Made by a program: the position numbers and the translations under genes. The notes beneath the pieces were generated by a model. The model saw nothing but the letters and a program-made list of their open reading frames with translations. It was not told the DNA's origin and did no database searches. Of a stretch of DNA of 64,000 nt, positions 35,963 to 44,907 are shown piece by piece (the stretch's first letter is position 1; the number at the start of each line of letters is the position of its first letter). Source of the DNA: an uncultured Burkholderiales bacterium (lineage in GTDB: Bacteria > Actinomycetota > Acidimicrobiia > IMCC26256 > JACPCJ01); contig CAYTKN010000001.1 of NCBI GenBank assembly GCA_964438505.1, positions 181,509 through 245,508 on the forward strand, given 5' to 3'.

Positions 35963-37114
35963 GTGAAGTACGTGGTCCTCGTCCCCGACGGCGCCGCCGA
36001 CGAGCCGATCGAGCAGCTCGGCGACCGCACGCCCCTCGAAGCCGCCGCCATGCCCAACCTCGCCGCGCTCGCCGCGCGCGGGGAGGTCGGCCGTGCCGCC
36101 ACCATCCCCGAGGGGTTCCCGCCGGGCAGCGACGTCGGCAACATGTCGATCCTCGGCTACGACCCGGCCCGCTACCACACCGGCCGCGCCCCGCTCGAGG
36201 CCGCCGCGATGGGCATCGAGCTCGGCGACGACGAGGTGGCGTTCCGCTGCAACCTCGTCACGGTCTCCGACGACGGCGTCATGGTCGACTTCTCGGCCGG
36301 CCACGTCGCCAGCGAGGTGAGCCACCCCATCATCGAGGCGGTCGACGCCGAGCTCGGCGTCGACGGCATCCGCTTCCACCCCGGCGTCGGGTACCGCCAC
36401 GTGATGGTCGCCCCCCGCGAGCTCGGCGACGTCGAGTGCGTCCCGCCCCACGACCTCTCCGACGAGGCGGTGGTGCTGCCCAGCGGCCCGGGGGCGGAGC
36501 GGATCACCGACCTGATGGAGCGCTCCCGGGCGATCGTCTCGGAGCGGGCCGCGCAGCTCGGGGCGGAGGCGACCCAGATCTGGCTGTGGGGTCAGGGCAC
36601 CCGCCCGCAGATGCCGTCGTTCCTCGAGCGCTTCGGGGTGGAGGGTCGGCTGGTGACCGCCGTCGACCTCATCCGCGGCCTCGGGGTCCTCAGCGGCGTC
36701 GAGGTCGTCGAGGTCGAGGGCGCCACCGGCTACTACGACACGAACTACGAGGGCAAGCGCGACGCCTGCCTCGACTCGCTCGCCGACCGCGACCTCTTCC
36801 TCCTCCACGTCGAGGCGAGCGACGAGGCCGGGCACAACGGCGACGTCGACGCGAAGGTCGAGGCGCTCGAGCACTGGGACCGCCGGATCATCGGACCCCT
36901 CGTCGAGGGGCTCGAGTCGCTCGGGCCGCACCGCATCCTGCTGCTGCCCGACCACCCCACCCCGACGCGGCTCAAGACCCACACCACCGACGCCGTGCCC
37001 TACCTCCTCTACGACTCCACGGGGGACGGGCCCGGAGGGGAGTACTCGGAGCGCGCCACCGCCGGCGCCACCCCCGTGGTCGGCCACGAGCTGATGCCCC
37101 GCCTCGTCGGATAG
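35963..37114 (+). CDS. cofactor-independent phosphoglycerate mutase (ApgM) family protein in the thrB position; candidate homoserine kinase
   Basis: MKYVVLVPDGAADEP...PGSDVGNMSILGYDP...AFRCNLVT...EASDEAGH...LLLPDHPTP is an alkaline-phosphatase-superfamily ApgM pattern. It lies between thrC and rho, where thrB normally sits. Confidence 0.75.
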   Translation: MKYVVLVPDGAADEPIEQLGDRTPLEAAAMPNLAALAARGEVGRAATIPEGFPPGSDVGNMSILGYDPARYHTGRAPLEAAAMGIELGDDEVAFRCNLVTVSDDGVMVDFSAGHVASEVSHPIIEAVDAELGVDGIRFHPGVGYRHVMVAPRELGDVECVPPHDLSDEAVVLPSGPGAERITDLMERSRAIVSERAAQLGAEATQIWLWGQGTRPQMPSFLERFGVEGRLVTAVDLIRGLGVLSGVEVVEVEGATGYYDTNYEGKRDACLDSLADRDLFLLHVEASDEAGHNGDVDAKVEALEHWDRRIIGPLVEGLESLGPHRILLLPDHPTPTRLKTHTTDAVPYLLYDSTGDGPGGEYSERATAGATPVVGHELMPRLVG

Positions 37115-37162
37115 CGGCGCCGGTCGCGCGCCTCATCCCGGACCGGCCGGCCCGGCGGTCTG

Positions 37163-37191
37163 TTGCCGGGCGGTGCGGTGGTGGCTACACT
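37163..37191 (+). promoter_or_regulatory. candidate rho promoter (TTGCCG-17 nt-TACACT)
   Basis: Hexamers at 37163-37168 and 37186-37191. This would give a leader of about 240 nt before ATG 37438. Confidence 0.3.
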
Positions 37192-37437
37192 GACCGCACA
37201 GTCGCCGATCACGGCGACGAAGGCTCTCGAGGATCGTCACCGGGAGCCGGTTCCAGGGGCGTCCGTCGCACCTCCCAACGTTGGTTCGCGTGCCCTCGAA
37301 CCGATCTTCCCGGCCTTCGGTCTTCATTCGCCGGCACGGCTCCTCGAGAGCCTGCCCCTGTCACGGCGGAGCACCTCCACGCACCCCGGACAGGAACGTC
37401 CGTCGGCCGGAGCCGAGTCGCGTACAAGGAGCAGCCC

Positions 37438-39069
37438 ATGACCCCCGACCAGACGACCGAGCGGTCGGCGCTCGAGAGCAAGGAGCGCAACGAGCTCCAG
37501 GAGATCGCCGACGCCGTCGGTGCCAAGGTCACCTCGAGGATGAAGAAGTCCGAGATCGTCGACGCCATCCTGGAGACCGCCGACGGCGGCACCGGCGGCA
37601 CCGGGGGCACCGGTGGCTCTGGCGGCTCTGGCGACGGTGGCGACGGGGGCGACGGCGGGGGCTCGTCGAACGGCGCCCGCTCCACCGACGCGGGCGACAC
37701 CGGCGGCAACGGCGAATCCGGCGGTTCCGGTGACGACGGTTCCGGTGACGGCGGTTCCGGTGACGGCGGTTCCGGAGGCGACGGCTCCGACCAGGGCGGC
37801 TCCGGCAACAAGCCCAAGCAGAGGGAGGGCGACGACCGCGGCCAGGGTGGCGGCGGCGGTGGTGGTGGTGGAAAGCGCAAGCGCCGGCGCCGCGGTCGAG
37901 GCGGCGGTGGTGGTGGTGGCGGCGGCGACGAGCCGCAGGGCGACCCCATCGACACCGAGGGGATCCTCGAGGTCCGCGACGAGGGGTACGGGTTCCTCCG
38001 CACCACCGGTCTGCTGCCGGGCAAGAAGGACGTCTACGTGTCCGCCTCGCAGGTCCGGAAGTTCGGCCTGCGCAAGGGCGACAAGATCAAGGGCGCCCAC
38101 CGGCCGCCGACCAACAGCGAGAAGTACCCGGCGTTGATGCGCATCGACGCCATCAACGACGGCCCTCCCGAGGAGGCCAAGGAGCGGGCGAGGTTCGGCG
38201 ACCGGACGCCCCTGTTCCCCGACCAGAAGCTCCGGATGGAGCTGCCCGACCAGCCCGACGAGATCACCGGCCGGATCATCGACCTCATCTCGCCGATCGG
38301 CAAGGGCCAGCGAGGCATGATCGTGTCGCCGCCCAAGGCGGGCAAGACCACGGTCATGAAGCACATGGTCGAGGCGATCGAGGCCAACAACCCCGAGGTC
38401 GAGCTGATCGTCCTCCTCGTTGACGAGCGCCCGGAGGAGGTCACGGACTTCCGCCGGCACGTCAAGGACGGCACGGTCTACGCCTCGACGTTCGACCGCC
38501 CTCCCGACGAGCACACGGCGGTGGCCGAGCTCACCCTCGAGCGGGCCAAGCGCCTCGTCGAGATGGGCCACGACGTCGTGATCCTGCTCGACGGCATCAC
38601 CCGCCTCGCGCGCGCCTACAACCTGGCGGCGCCTGCCTCGGGACGGATCCTCTCCGGCGGTGTCGACTCCCAGGCGCTGTACCCGCCGAAGTACTTCTTC
38701 GGAGCCGCCCGCAACATCGAGGAGGGGGGCTCGCTCACGATCATCGCCACCGCCCTGGTCGAGACCGGGAGCCGCATGGACGAGGTGATCTTCGAGGAGT
38801 TCAAGGGCACCGGCAACATGGAGCTGCGCCTCGACCGCCACCTCGCCGACCGGCGCATCTACCCGGCGATCGACGTCGACCAGTCCAGCACCCGCCACGA
38901 GGAGCTCCTCTTCGACCGCAAGCAGCTCAGCCAGGTGTGGAAGCTCCGCCGGGTGCTCGGCGCCCTCGAGGACGGAGCCGGCCTCGAGCTGCTCATGGAC
39001 AAGATCAAGACCACCAAGGCCAACGACGACTTCCTGGAGGAGATCGCCAACGCGCCGACCGCCGTGTGA
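37438..39069 (+). CDS. rho: transcription termination factor Rho with a large Gly/Asp/Arg-rich N-terminal insertion
   Basis: AAGGAG RBS. N-terminal Rho_N helix pair, about 120 aa of low complexity (GGTGGTGG..., [27 protein letters not shown]), a CSD-like RNA-binding domain, P-loop PPKAGKT and the RecA-type core. Confidence 0.93.
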   Translation: MTPDQTTERSALESKERNELQEIADAVGAKVTSRMKKSEIVDAILETADGGTGGTGGTGGSGGSGDGGDGGDGGGSSNGARSTDAGDTGGNGESGGSGDDGSGDGGSGDGGSGGDGSDQGGSGNKPKQREGDDRGQGGGGGGGGGKRKRRRRGRGGGGGGGGGDEPQGDPIDTEGILEVRDEGYGFLRTTGLLPGKKDVYVSASQVRKFGLRKGDKIKGAHRPPTNSEKYPALMRIDAINDGPPEEAKERARFGDRTPLFPDQKLRMELPDQPDEITGRIIDLISPIGKGQRGMIVSPPKAGKTTVMKHMVEAIEANNPEVELIVLLVDERPEEVTDFRRHVKDGTVYASTFDRPPDEHTAVAELTLERAKRLVEMGHDVVILLDGITRLARAYNLAAPASGRILSGGVDSQALYPPKYFFGAARNIEEGGSLTIIATALVETGSRMDEVIFEEFKGTGNMELRLDRHLADRRIYPAIDVDQSSTRHEELLFDRKQLSQVWKLRRVLGALEDGAGLELLMDKIKTTKANDDFLEEIANAPTAV

Positions 39070-39181
39070 GCGGGACGCCGCAGCGTCCCTACACTGATCC
39101 GGCACGAGGATCCCGGCCGTGCCGGCCGACCGGCACCAGCCCGCAGCCAGCCCCGCAGCCAGCCCGCGCAGAGGAGCAGCC

Positions 39182-39640
39182 GTGAAGACCGAACTCCACC
39201 CCGACTACGTCGACTGCCACGTCACCTGCTCGTGTGGCAACCAGTTCACCACCAGGGCGACGGTGTCGGAGCTGCACGTCGACCTGTGCTCGGCCTGCCA
39301 CCCCTTCTATACCGGGAAGCAGAAGCTGGTGGACACCGGCGGGCGGGTCGAGCGCTTCCAGAAGCGCTACGAGCGGGCCCGCGAGGAGGCCGAGCGGACG
39401 GGCGAGGGTAAGGAGGACAAGAAGGAGAAGAAGCGGCGCAAGCGGACCGCCCAGGCGCCGCGCCGCAAGCCGCCCGTCGCCACCAAGGGCGGGCCCCGCC
39501 CGAAGTTCGAGCCCAAGGGCAAGGGCGACAAGGCCGAGCAGAGCGAGAAGGACGACAAGGACGCGCAGGCAGAGAAGCCTGACCAGGCCGAGCAGGCAGA
39601 GCAGGCAGAGAAGCCGGACAAGGACGAGCAGGACTCGTAA
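39182..39640 (+). CDS. rpmE: 50S ribosomal protein L31 (Zn-ribbon type) with a roughly 88-aa Lys/Glu-rich C-terminal extension
   Basis: GTG 39182 inside ORF 39119..39640. [22 protein letters not shown]...[14 protein letters not shown]..., then a KE-rich tail. Confidence 0.85.
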   Translation: MKTELHPDYVDCHVTCSCGNQFTTRATVSELHVDLCSACHPFYTGKQKLVDTGGRVERFQKRYERAREEAERTGEGKEDKKEKKRRKRTAQAPRRKPPVATKGGPRPKFEPKGKGDKAEQSEKDDKDAQAEKPDQAEQAEQAEKPDKDEQDS

Positions 39641-39721
39641 GGGGTGTGGACGGCAGGTTCCGTTCCGTACACCCATCCGCGTGACAGCATGACGCCGGGT
39701 TGAGCGACAGCCTGAGGGTGC

Positions 39722-40114
39722 ATGGCTGGTGAGCAGATCCTCGTCATCGAGGACGAGGCCCACATCCAGGAGCTCCTGCGCTTCTACCTCGAGGGCGAGG
39801 GCTTCGCCGTCAGCACCGCCTCCACGGGCGCCGAGGCGGTCGAGGCGCTCGCGGCGCCGGCTCCCGACCTGGTGATCCTCGACGTGATGCTGCCCCACAC
39901 CGACGGGTTCGAGATCCTCCAGCGGATCCGCGCCGCGCAGGGGTGGGGGCCGGTGCCCGTCCTCATGCTCACCGCCAAGTCCGGCGAGGACAGCGTCGTG
40001 GCCGCCTTCGAAGCGGGCGCCGACGACTACGTCACGAAGCCGTTCCAGCTCGAGTCGCTCCTCGCCCGAGTCAAGCGCCTGCTGCGCGCCGGTGGGCGGG
40101 CCGGAGACGGTTGA
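39722..40114 (+). CDS. single-domain response regulator (receiver only)
   Basis: QILVIEDE...DLVILDVMLP...VLMLTAK...DDYVTKPF. Confidence 0.85.
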   Translation: MAGEQILVIEDEAHIQELLRFYLEGEGFAVSTASTGAEAVEALAAPAPDLVILDVMLPHTDGFEILQRIRAAQGWGPVPVLMLTAKSGEDSVVAAFEAGADDYVTKPFQLESLLARVKRLLRAGGRAGDG

Positions 40115-40130
40115 CCCGGTCCCGCGCGTC

Positions 40131-41243
40131 GTGAGCACCGCGCCACCGCCCCTCGCAGCGTCGTTCGTGGCCGAGTCGTCGTTCGTGGCCGAGTCAGTGA
40201 TCGTCGAGGCGTCGATCGTGGGCGGGATCGCGGCCCTCGCGTGCACCGCGCTCTTCATGCTCGCCGCCACGACCGTGCGGGGGAGCGTGGCGCTCCGGGC
40301 GCGGCGGGGCGCGGACGTCGAGGCCGAGTGGACGCCGGTCTTCGTCGGTGCCGTCCGCGCGGTGCCCGACGAGGCCCCCCGGATCGGCCGCCGGGACCGC
40401 GCCCACGTCCTCGAGCTCTGGAACCGCTTCTGCACGACCGTCGAGGGCAGAGCCCGCGACCGCCTCGACCGCACCGCCCGCGCGTTCGGAATCGACCGCG
40501 CGGCCCTCGAGCTCGTCGAGCGGGGCAGAGGGGCCGAGCGGCTCCTCGCAGCCACCACGCTCGGGCGGCTCCGCGACGCCCGCGCCGTGGGCACCCTGCT
40601 CGACCTCGCGGCGCGCCACCCGCTGGTGCTGCGGGCCGAGTCGGCCCGGGCGGTCGTGCGGATCGACCCCGAGGCGGGCACGCGGGCCGTCGTCCCCCTC
40701 GTGGCCTCCTGGCGGGACTGCCACCCCGCGACCGCCGTCGCCGTCCTCGACGAGGCGCCATCCGAGGTGGTCTCGGCAGCGCTCGCCGACGAGGTGCTCG
40801 AGGCGCCCGACGTGCAGCTCCACATCCGGCTCGTCGAGATGCTCGGGCGGATCCGCGGGTCGAGCGGCCTGCACGTCGTGCACCACATCCTCGAGACGAC
40901 CGACGAGCCCGAGGTGACGGCTCGCTGCCTCGAGGTGATCCGCGAGCACCGTCGGCCCGGCGACGCCGCGCTCATCCGGCCGTACCTCGACCATCCGGTC
41001 TCGTTCGTCCGCGTGCAGGCCGTCTCGGCGCTCGGACGCCTGCGGGTGCCGGGGGACGAGTGGCGGATCGTCGCGCGCCTCGACGATCCCGAGTGGTGGG
41101 TCCGCTACCGCGCCGCCCACGCGCTGGTCGCGATGCCGAGCATGAGCCGCACCGTGCTCGCGCTCCTCGCGCGCACCCATCCCGACCGCTACGCGCGCGG
41201 GGCGCTCGCGCAGGTCCTCTCCGAGACGGCGGCCCTCTCGTGA
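40131..41243 (+). CDS. membrane-anchored HEAT-repeat protein
   Basis: Track ORF 40092..41243, with GTG 40131 preferred. N-terminal TM IVGGIAALACTALFMLAATTV. HEAT/PBS-lyase-like repeats (AATTLGRLRDARAVGTLLDL, FVRVQAVSALGRL, WWVRYRAAHAL). Confidence 0.65.
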   Translation: MSTAPPPLAASFVAESSFVAESVIVEASIVGGIAALACTALFMLAATTVRGSVALRARRGADVEAEWTPVFVGAVRAVPDEAPRIGRRDRAHVLELWNRFCTTVEGRARDRLDRTARAFGIDRAALELVERGRGAERLLAATTLGRLRDARAVGTLLDLAARHPLVLRAESARAVVRIDPEAGTRAVVPLVASWRDCHPATAVAVLDEAPSEVVSAALADEVLEAPDVQLHIRLVEMLGRIRGSSGLHVVHHILETTDEPEVTARCLEVIREHRRPGDAALIRPYLDHPVSFVRVQAVSALGRLRVPGDEWRIVARLDDPEWWVRYRAAHALVAMPSMSRTVLALLARTHPDRYARGALAQVLSETAALS

Positions 41244-42676
41244 GCGTCACCGTCGCCGTCGGCCAGTGGCTGGTGCTCGGGTACTTCCTCGTCGTCCACG
41301 TCACCTACATCGGGTTGAACGTGCTGGCGTTCTTCAGCATCACCCGCTCCCACCTCCGCCGGTTCGGTGCCAGCCCACCCGTGGATCCGGCGCTGATGCC
41401 GCCGGTCACCGTGGTCATCCCGGCCTACGACGAGGAGGCCACGATCGTCGGCTCGGTCCAGTCGGTGCTCCAGCTCACCTACCCCACCTTCGAGGTCGTC
41501 GTGGTGAACGACGGCTCGAACGACCGGACCCTCGAGGTGCTGCGCGAGGCCTTCGACCTCAGGGCGTACGGCGAGGCATACCGCGACCGGATCGCCACCG
41601 CGCCGGTACGGGCCTTCTACCTGTCCGGGCGCTACCGGAACCTCCGGGTGATCGACAAGGAGAACGGAGGCAAGGCCGACGCGGTGAACGTCGCGGTCAA
41701 CGCGGCCCGCTACCCGCTGTTCTGCACCATCGACTCCGACTCGATCCTCCAGCGCGACAGCCTCCAGCGCGTCGCCCGCCCGTTCCTCGACGACGCCCGG
41801 GTGGTCGCGTCGGGCGGGACCATCCGGATCGCCAACGGCTGCACGGTCCGGGAGGGCTTCCTCGAGGAGCTGGGGCTCCCCGACAACCGCCTCGTGCTGT
41901 TCCAGGTGATGGAGTACCTGCGGGCCTTCCTCTTCGGTCGGATGGGGTGGGCGAGCTTCAACGGCCTCCTCGTGCTCTCGGGGGCGTTCGCGATGTTCCG
42001 CAAGGAGGTCGTCATCGGCGCCGGGGGCTTCCGGACCGACACCCTCGGCGAGGACATGGAGCTGGTCACCCGCCTCCATCGGGTGATGCGGCAGCAGAAG
42101 CGGCCCTACCGGATCGCCTACGTGCCCGACCCGATCTGCTTCACCGAGGCCCCCTCGGCGGTCCGGGGACTCGCCACCCAGCGGATCCGTTGGCAGCGCG
42201 GGCTGGCCGAGACCCTCCAGATGAACCGGGGCCTCGCCTTCCGGGGTGCGGTGGGGTGGGTCTCCTATCCCTTCCACCTCCTCTTCGAGCTGCTCGGGTC
42301 GTTCGTCGAGGTGTTCGGGTACCTCCTCGGGGTGGTGGCGTTCACCACCGGCACCATCTCGGCGCAGGCGTTCGTCGCCTTCCTCCTCGTCGCGTTCGGT
42401 CTCGGCGTGGCGTTCTCCGCGAGCGCGTTGGTGCTCGAGGAGCTCTCGTTCCACGTCTACCCGCGCGCTCGCGACCTCGGCCGGCTGATGTGGGCGGCGT
42501 TCGTCGAGAACTTCGGCTACCGGCAGCTCAACGCCTGGTGGCGGTTGGTGGGGCTCGTGCGTCACCTGCGCCGCACGGCGGCGAGTTGGGGCGAGCTGGA
42601 GCGCTCCGGGTCGTGGCAGTCGGCGAGCCCGACCGCGACCGACACCGCCGGGAGCGGGCGAGGGGCGCCGCGGTGA
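41240..42676 (+). CDS. processive family-2 glycosyltransferase (PgaC/BcsA/NodC-like polysaccharide synthase)
   Basis: GTG 41240 overlaps the upstream stop. Motifs: VVIPAYDEE, NDGSND, IDSDS, GEDMEL, QRIRWQRG. TM helices at the N-terminus and the C-terminus. Confidence 0.85.
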   Translation: MSVTVAVGQWLVLGYFLVVHVTYIGLNVLAFFSITRSHLRRFGASPPVDPALMPPVTVVIPAYDEEATIVGSVQSVLQLTYPTFEVVVVNDGSNDRTLEVLREAFDLRAYGEAYRDRIATAPVRAFYLSGRYRNLRVIDKENGGKADAVNVAVNAARYPLFCTIDSDSILQRDSLQRVARPFLDDARVVASGGTIRIANGCTVREGFLEELGLPDNRLVLFQVMEYLRAFLFGRMGWASFNGLLVLSGAFAMFRKEVVIGAGGFRTDTLGEDMELVTRLHRVMRQQKRPYRIAYVPDPICFTEAPSAVRGLATQRIRWQRGLAETLQMNRGLAFRGAVGWVSYPFHLLFELLGSFVEVFGYLLGVVAFTTGTISAQAFVAFLLVAFGLGVAFSASALVLEELSFHVYPRARDLGRLMWAAFVENFGYRQLNAWWRLVGLVRHLRRTAASWGELERSGSWQSASPTATDTAGSGRGAPR

Positions 42677-43764
42677 CGGCCCCCGACGCCAGCCTGGTCG
42701 CGGCGAAGCTCCGGGCGTTGGTCCGCGACGGCGAGGGCGTGGAGCCCGCCGGTGTCGACGCGCGCCTCGCCCCGGGATCCGCGGCGGTGGCAGCCGGCGA
42801 GCGGACGTGGGTGCTGCTCGAGCACGACCCGCTCGGCGGTCTGGGGCCGGCGCTGCTGTGGCTGGAGCGGAGCGGCCGGTGGCGCGGCGCCACGGTGGTG
42901 GCGGGCCGCGACGAGCTCGAGGTCGTGCGCCTCCGTCTGGCGGCCTTCGCGGACCCACCCGCGGTGGCGGGCGTCGAGGGGAGGGAGCTGCGCCCCGTCG
43001 AGGTGCCGACCCTCGATGAGGCGCTCGAGGCGGCCGGCGAGGCGCGCCGCGCCGATCCCGACGCGCTGCTCGCCGGCGTCGACGCCGCTGCCCGTCGCGC
43101 CGCCGTGGAGCTGCTCGACGAGGCGATCCGGCGCCATCCCGACCTGGCCGTGGAGCCGGCCGGCGACGCCCTCGTGCTGTCGCTCGACGGCCTGGAGGTG
43201 GCGCGGCTCGTCGCGGGGGAGGAGCCGGAGTTCGAGGTGGGCGTCGGCGAGCACGACCAGGACGCGCGCCGCCGGGTCGTCGGCCACCGGGTTGTGGGCG
43301 CGGACAGCCTGGAGGTCGACCTCGCCGACCTGGCCCACGCCGTGGAGGTGGTGGCGCGGCACCGAGGCGGAGCGGCTCCCCACCCGCTGCGCAGGCTCGG
43401 CACGTCCCGACGTCTCCGCGCGCGGGTGATCGACGACCCCTCGCTGGCGGGCCTGGGGGCGGACGCCGACCTCGAGGCGGTCGCCGACCCCGTCCCCGCG
43501 GCGGGGCTCCGTGACGAGCGTCCCGGCGTCGCCGTGGGCGCGGGAGCGGTCGTGGTGTGCTCGGTGGGGATCGACCTCGACGCCGTGCCCACCGCCGGGC
43601 ACGCCTGGCTCCAGGCCTGCGGCTCGGCCGACGCGCCGGCACGGGTCACGCTCGTGGTGCCGGAGCGGGACGCGCACCCGGCCACGCGGGAGCTCCTCGC
43701 TCGCCTGCGCCCGGAGGCGAATGCCCGGTTGGTGACGGTTCGCGGTGACTGGGAGGCCCGTTGA
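42673..43764 (+). CDS. hypothetical protein, last gene of the GT2 operon
   Basis: GTG 42673 overlaps the GT2 stop. 363 aa, A/R/E-rich, with no motif I recognise. Confidence 0.45.
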   Translation: MTAPDASLVAAKLRALVRDGEGVEPAGVDARLAPGSAAVAAGERTWVLLEHDPLGGLGPALLWLERSGRWRGATVVAGRDELEVVRLRLAAFADPPAVAGVEGRELRPVEVPTLDEALEAAGEARRADPDALLAGVDAAARRAAVELLDEAIRRHPDLAVEPAGDALVLSLDGLEVARLVAGEEPEFEVGVGEHDQDARRRVVGHRVVGADSLEVDLADLAHAVEVVARHRGGAAPHPLRRLGTSRRLRARVIDDPSLAGLGADADLEAVADPVPAAGLRDERPGVAVGAGAVVVCSVGIDLDAVPTAGHAWLQACGSADAPARVTLVVPERDAHPATRELLARLRPEANARLVTVRGDWEAR

Positions 43765-43786
43765 GTCGGCCGCTCCCGGTGCTAGC

Positions 43787-43826
43787 CAACAACTGTTGTT
43801 GACAAACAAACGCAACCTGTTAGGAT
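43787..43826 (+). promoter_or_regulatory. promoter (TTGACA-16 nt-TAGGAT) overlapped by palindrome CAACAACTGTTGTTG; probable Fur-family autoregulatory box
   Basis: Palindrome at 43787-43801, -35 at 43799-43804, -10 at 43821-43826. GTG start at 43834, so the mRNA is near-leaderless. Confidence 0.55.
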
Positions 43827-43833
43827 CACGGGT

Positions 43834-44289
43834 GTGCGAAGTCCGACCGAGCTCAGCGAGATGTTCCGCGAACGGGGTCTCAAGGTGACCCCCCAGCGGG
43901 AACGCATCTTCCGGGTGCTCCACAGCAACGAGGCGCACCCGACGGCGGAAGCCGTCCACGCTGCCGTGGTCGACGAGCTGCCGATGGTCTCGCTCCGAAC
44001 CGTCTACCAGACCCTCAAGGAGCTGGCGGACATGGGCGAGATCCAGCAGCTCGACCTCGGGACCGGCTCCGCCCGGTTCGATCCCAACGTCGGCACGCAC
44101 CACCACCTCGTCTGCGCCGAGTGCGGGAGAGTCCGTGACCTGGAGGCGGAGTTCCCCTCCGTCAGGGTCCCGGAGGGCTCCGATCGGGGCTTCGAGGTGT
44201 CCAGCGTCGAGATCGTCTTCCGGGGCCGCTGCGAGCAGTGCGCGGCGGCGGGTCCGGTGGACGGTCCGATCACGTCCGAGAGTCCCTAG
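43834..44289 (+). CDS. Fur family transcriptional regulator (PerR/Fur-like)
   Basis: KVTPQRERIFRVL winged helix, HHHLVCAECG and CEQC Zn-site cysteines. Confidence 0.85.
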   Translation: MRSPTELSEMFRERGLKVTPQRERIFRVLHSNEAHPTAEAVHAAVVDELPMVSLRTVYQTLKELADMGEIQQLDLGTGSARFDPNVGTHHHLVCAECGRVRDLEAEFPSVRVPEGSDRGFEVSSVEIVFRGRCEQCAAAGPVDGPITSESP

Positions 44290-44333
44290 ACAGGGACGAC
44301 AGGGGTCAGCATCGTCACCAAGGAGGACGCGTC

Positions 44334-44753
<420 letters not shown>

Positions 44754-44770
44754 GCGAGGTCGTGTTCAGC

Positions 44771-44807
44771 GGAGCAGCCGCCCGGGCGCCCCTCGGGCGG
44801 CTGCTCC
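44771..44807 (+). terminator. GC-rich hairpin after the rubrerythrin gene (14-bp perfect stem)
   Basis: GGAGCAGCCGCCCG - 9-nt loop - CGGGCGGCTGCTCC. There is no U-tract. Confidence 0.5.
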
Positions 44808-44826
44808 CGTTCACGTCCCCATCTGC

Positions 44827-44873
44827 ATGTGTGAGTGTGGTGCAGCGGATACGAATGCACAGCACTCACACAT
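44827..44873. promoter_or_regulatory. 47-bp nested palindrome upstream of the Fe-S oxidoreductase gene
   Basis: ATGTGTGAGTG ... CACTCACACAT (11-bp arms) enclosing GTGCA...TGCAC. Lower GC. Ends 34 nt before ATG 44908. Confidence 0.4.
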
Positions 44874-44907
44874 CGGGAATCCGAACGGCAGCGAACCGGG
44901 GATCACG

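Noticed and set aside
34741-37437. Long N-terminal extension that makes the rho ORF 1442 aa
   Set aside because: The upstream part is antisense to the PQQ dehydrogenase and out of frame with the ApgM-like gene. Rho starts at ATG 37438, which has an AAGGAG RBS and a canonical Rho N-terminus.
37600-37930. G-run-rich DNA in rho as a possible G-quadruplex or slippery regulatory element
   Set aside because: The runs are GGN codons for the poly-Gly insertion and are read in frame. There is no evidence for a separate function.
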